Part shown: positions 63,921 through 64,000 of the stretch, piece after piece
Numbering within the stretch: the first letter of the stretch is position 1
How the letters are laid out: each line of letters begins with the position of its first letter
Source of the DNA: a virus
Strand: one strand, 5' to 3'
IMG/VR virus record: IMGVR_UViG_3300045988_120820
Location: 72,335 to 136,334 of that record
Length of the DNA: 64,000 bases
Notes under the pieces: model-generated
Database searches by the model: none
What the model saw: the letters and a program-made list of their open reading frames with translations, nothing else
What the model was told of the DNA's origin: nothing
Translations under genes and position numbers: made by a program

Positions 63921-63990
63921 ATAACTATAGTAATGAATAAAAAGTTTTAAAAAGATTATAAAAATAATTAATAAAATTATTAAAAAGCTC

Positions 63991-64000
63991 TTGACAAATT
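63991..64000 (+). promoter_or_regulatory. -35 box of a duplicate of promoter P9 (cut by the window edge)
   Basis: 63961..64000 is identical to 61995..62034. Confidence 0.6.

Larger units (their letters stand above)
57517..63974 (+). repeat. dispersed junction motif ATAATTAATAA (core of AAAATAATTAATAAA), + strand set
   Basis: 13 perfect 11-mers starting at 57517, 57666, 57824, 58225, 59218, 59703, 60281, 60401, 61907, 62000, 62627, 63505 and 63964. One-mismatch variants at ~58731 and ~60343. Confidence 0.9.

Noticed and set aside
61995-64000. The exact 40-nt repeat (61995..62034 = 63961..64000) as a terminal repeat or genome end.
   Set aside because: It is a promoter module (junction motif plus TTGACA) repeated inside the early arm, and it is far too short and internal to be a terminal redundancy.
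1-64000. tRNA/tmRNA genes, an integrase with attP, and a reverse transcriptase/DGR acting on the paralogous receptor-binding genes.
   Set aside because: Every GC-enriched patch I saw is explained by the introns or terminators, and none folds as a cloverleaf by eye. No tyrosine or serine recombinase motifs and no RT motifs occur in any ORF. I saw no near-identical template/variable repeat pair between the fibre paralogs. tRNAscan-SE and a formal repeat search would settle this.

Overview
Very AT-rich tailed-phage segment in the low-GC Firmicute/Clostridia style (GC judged by eye, not computed). It has three parts. (1) A leftward (- strand) arm of about 51 kb. It runs from a sigma-region-4-like regulator, an HU-like protein and a metallophosphoesterase through terS/terL, portal, protease-scaffold, major capsid, connector genes and a putative major tail protein. 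It continues with an extra receptor-binding module, tail chaperones, a giant tape-measure gene, Dit, a Tal-lysin, a second receptor-binding module and a GH25 muramidase. (2) A central plasmid-like block at 51.5-57.4 kb. It holds a Rep_3-type initiator with iterons, an FtsK-like ATPase, a replication-relaxation protein, and a 2.4 kb ORF-free repeat mosaic with three perfect DnaA boxes. (3) A rightward (+) early arm of small ORFs behind repeated sigma-A-type promoters. Main surprises: (a) Six group I-like intervening sequences sit in three essential genes: four in the tape measure (two carry LAGLIDADG endonucleases) and one each in the major capsid and terL. They fall into at least two families that show compensatory stem changes. 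(b) A strand-co-oriented junction motif, AAAATAATTAATAAA, occurs about 30 times directly 5' of SD sequences or -35 boxes. (c) A second promoter-like element occurs five times, once driving an endonuclease-subtilase cassette inside the head module. (d) The early intergenic regions share a repeated hairpin/GCTCAA/palindrome/promoter cassette. I found no tRNA, rRNA, CRISPR array, integrase or reverse transcriptase. Splice sites and hand-found small features are approximate (a few nt up to about 25 nt). Functional calls rest on motifs recognised by eye, not on database searches.
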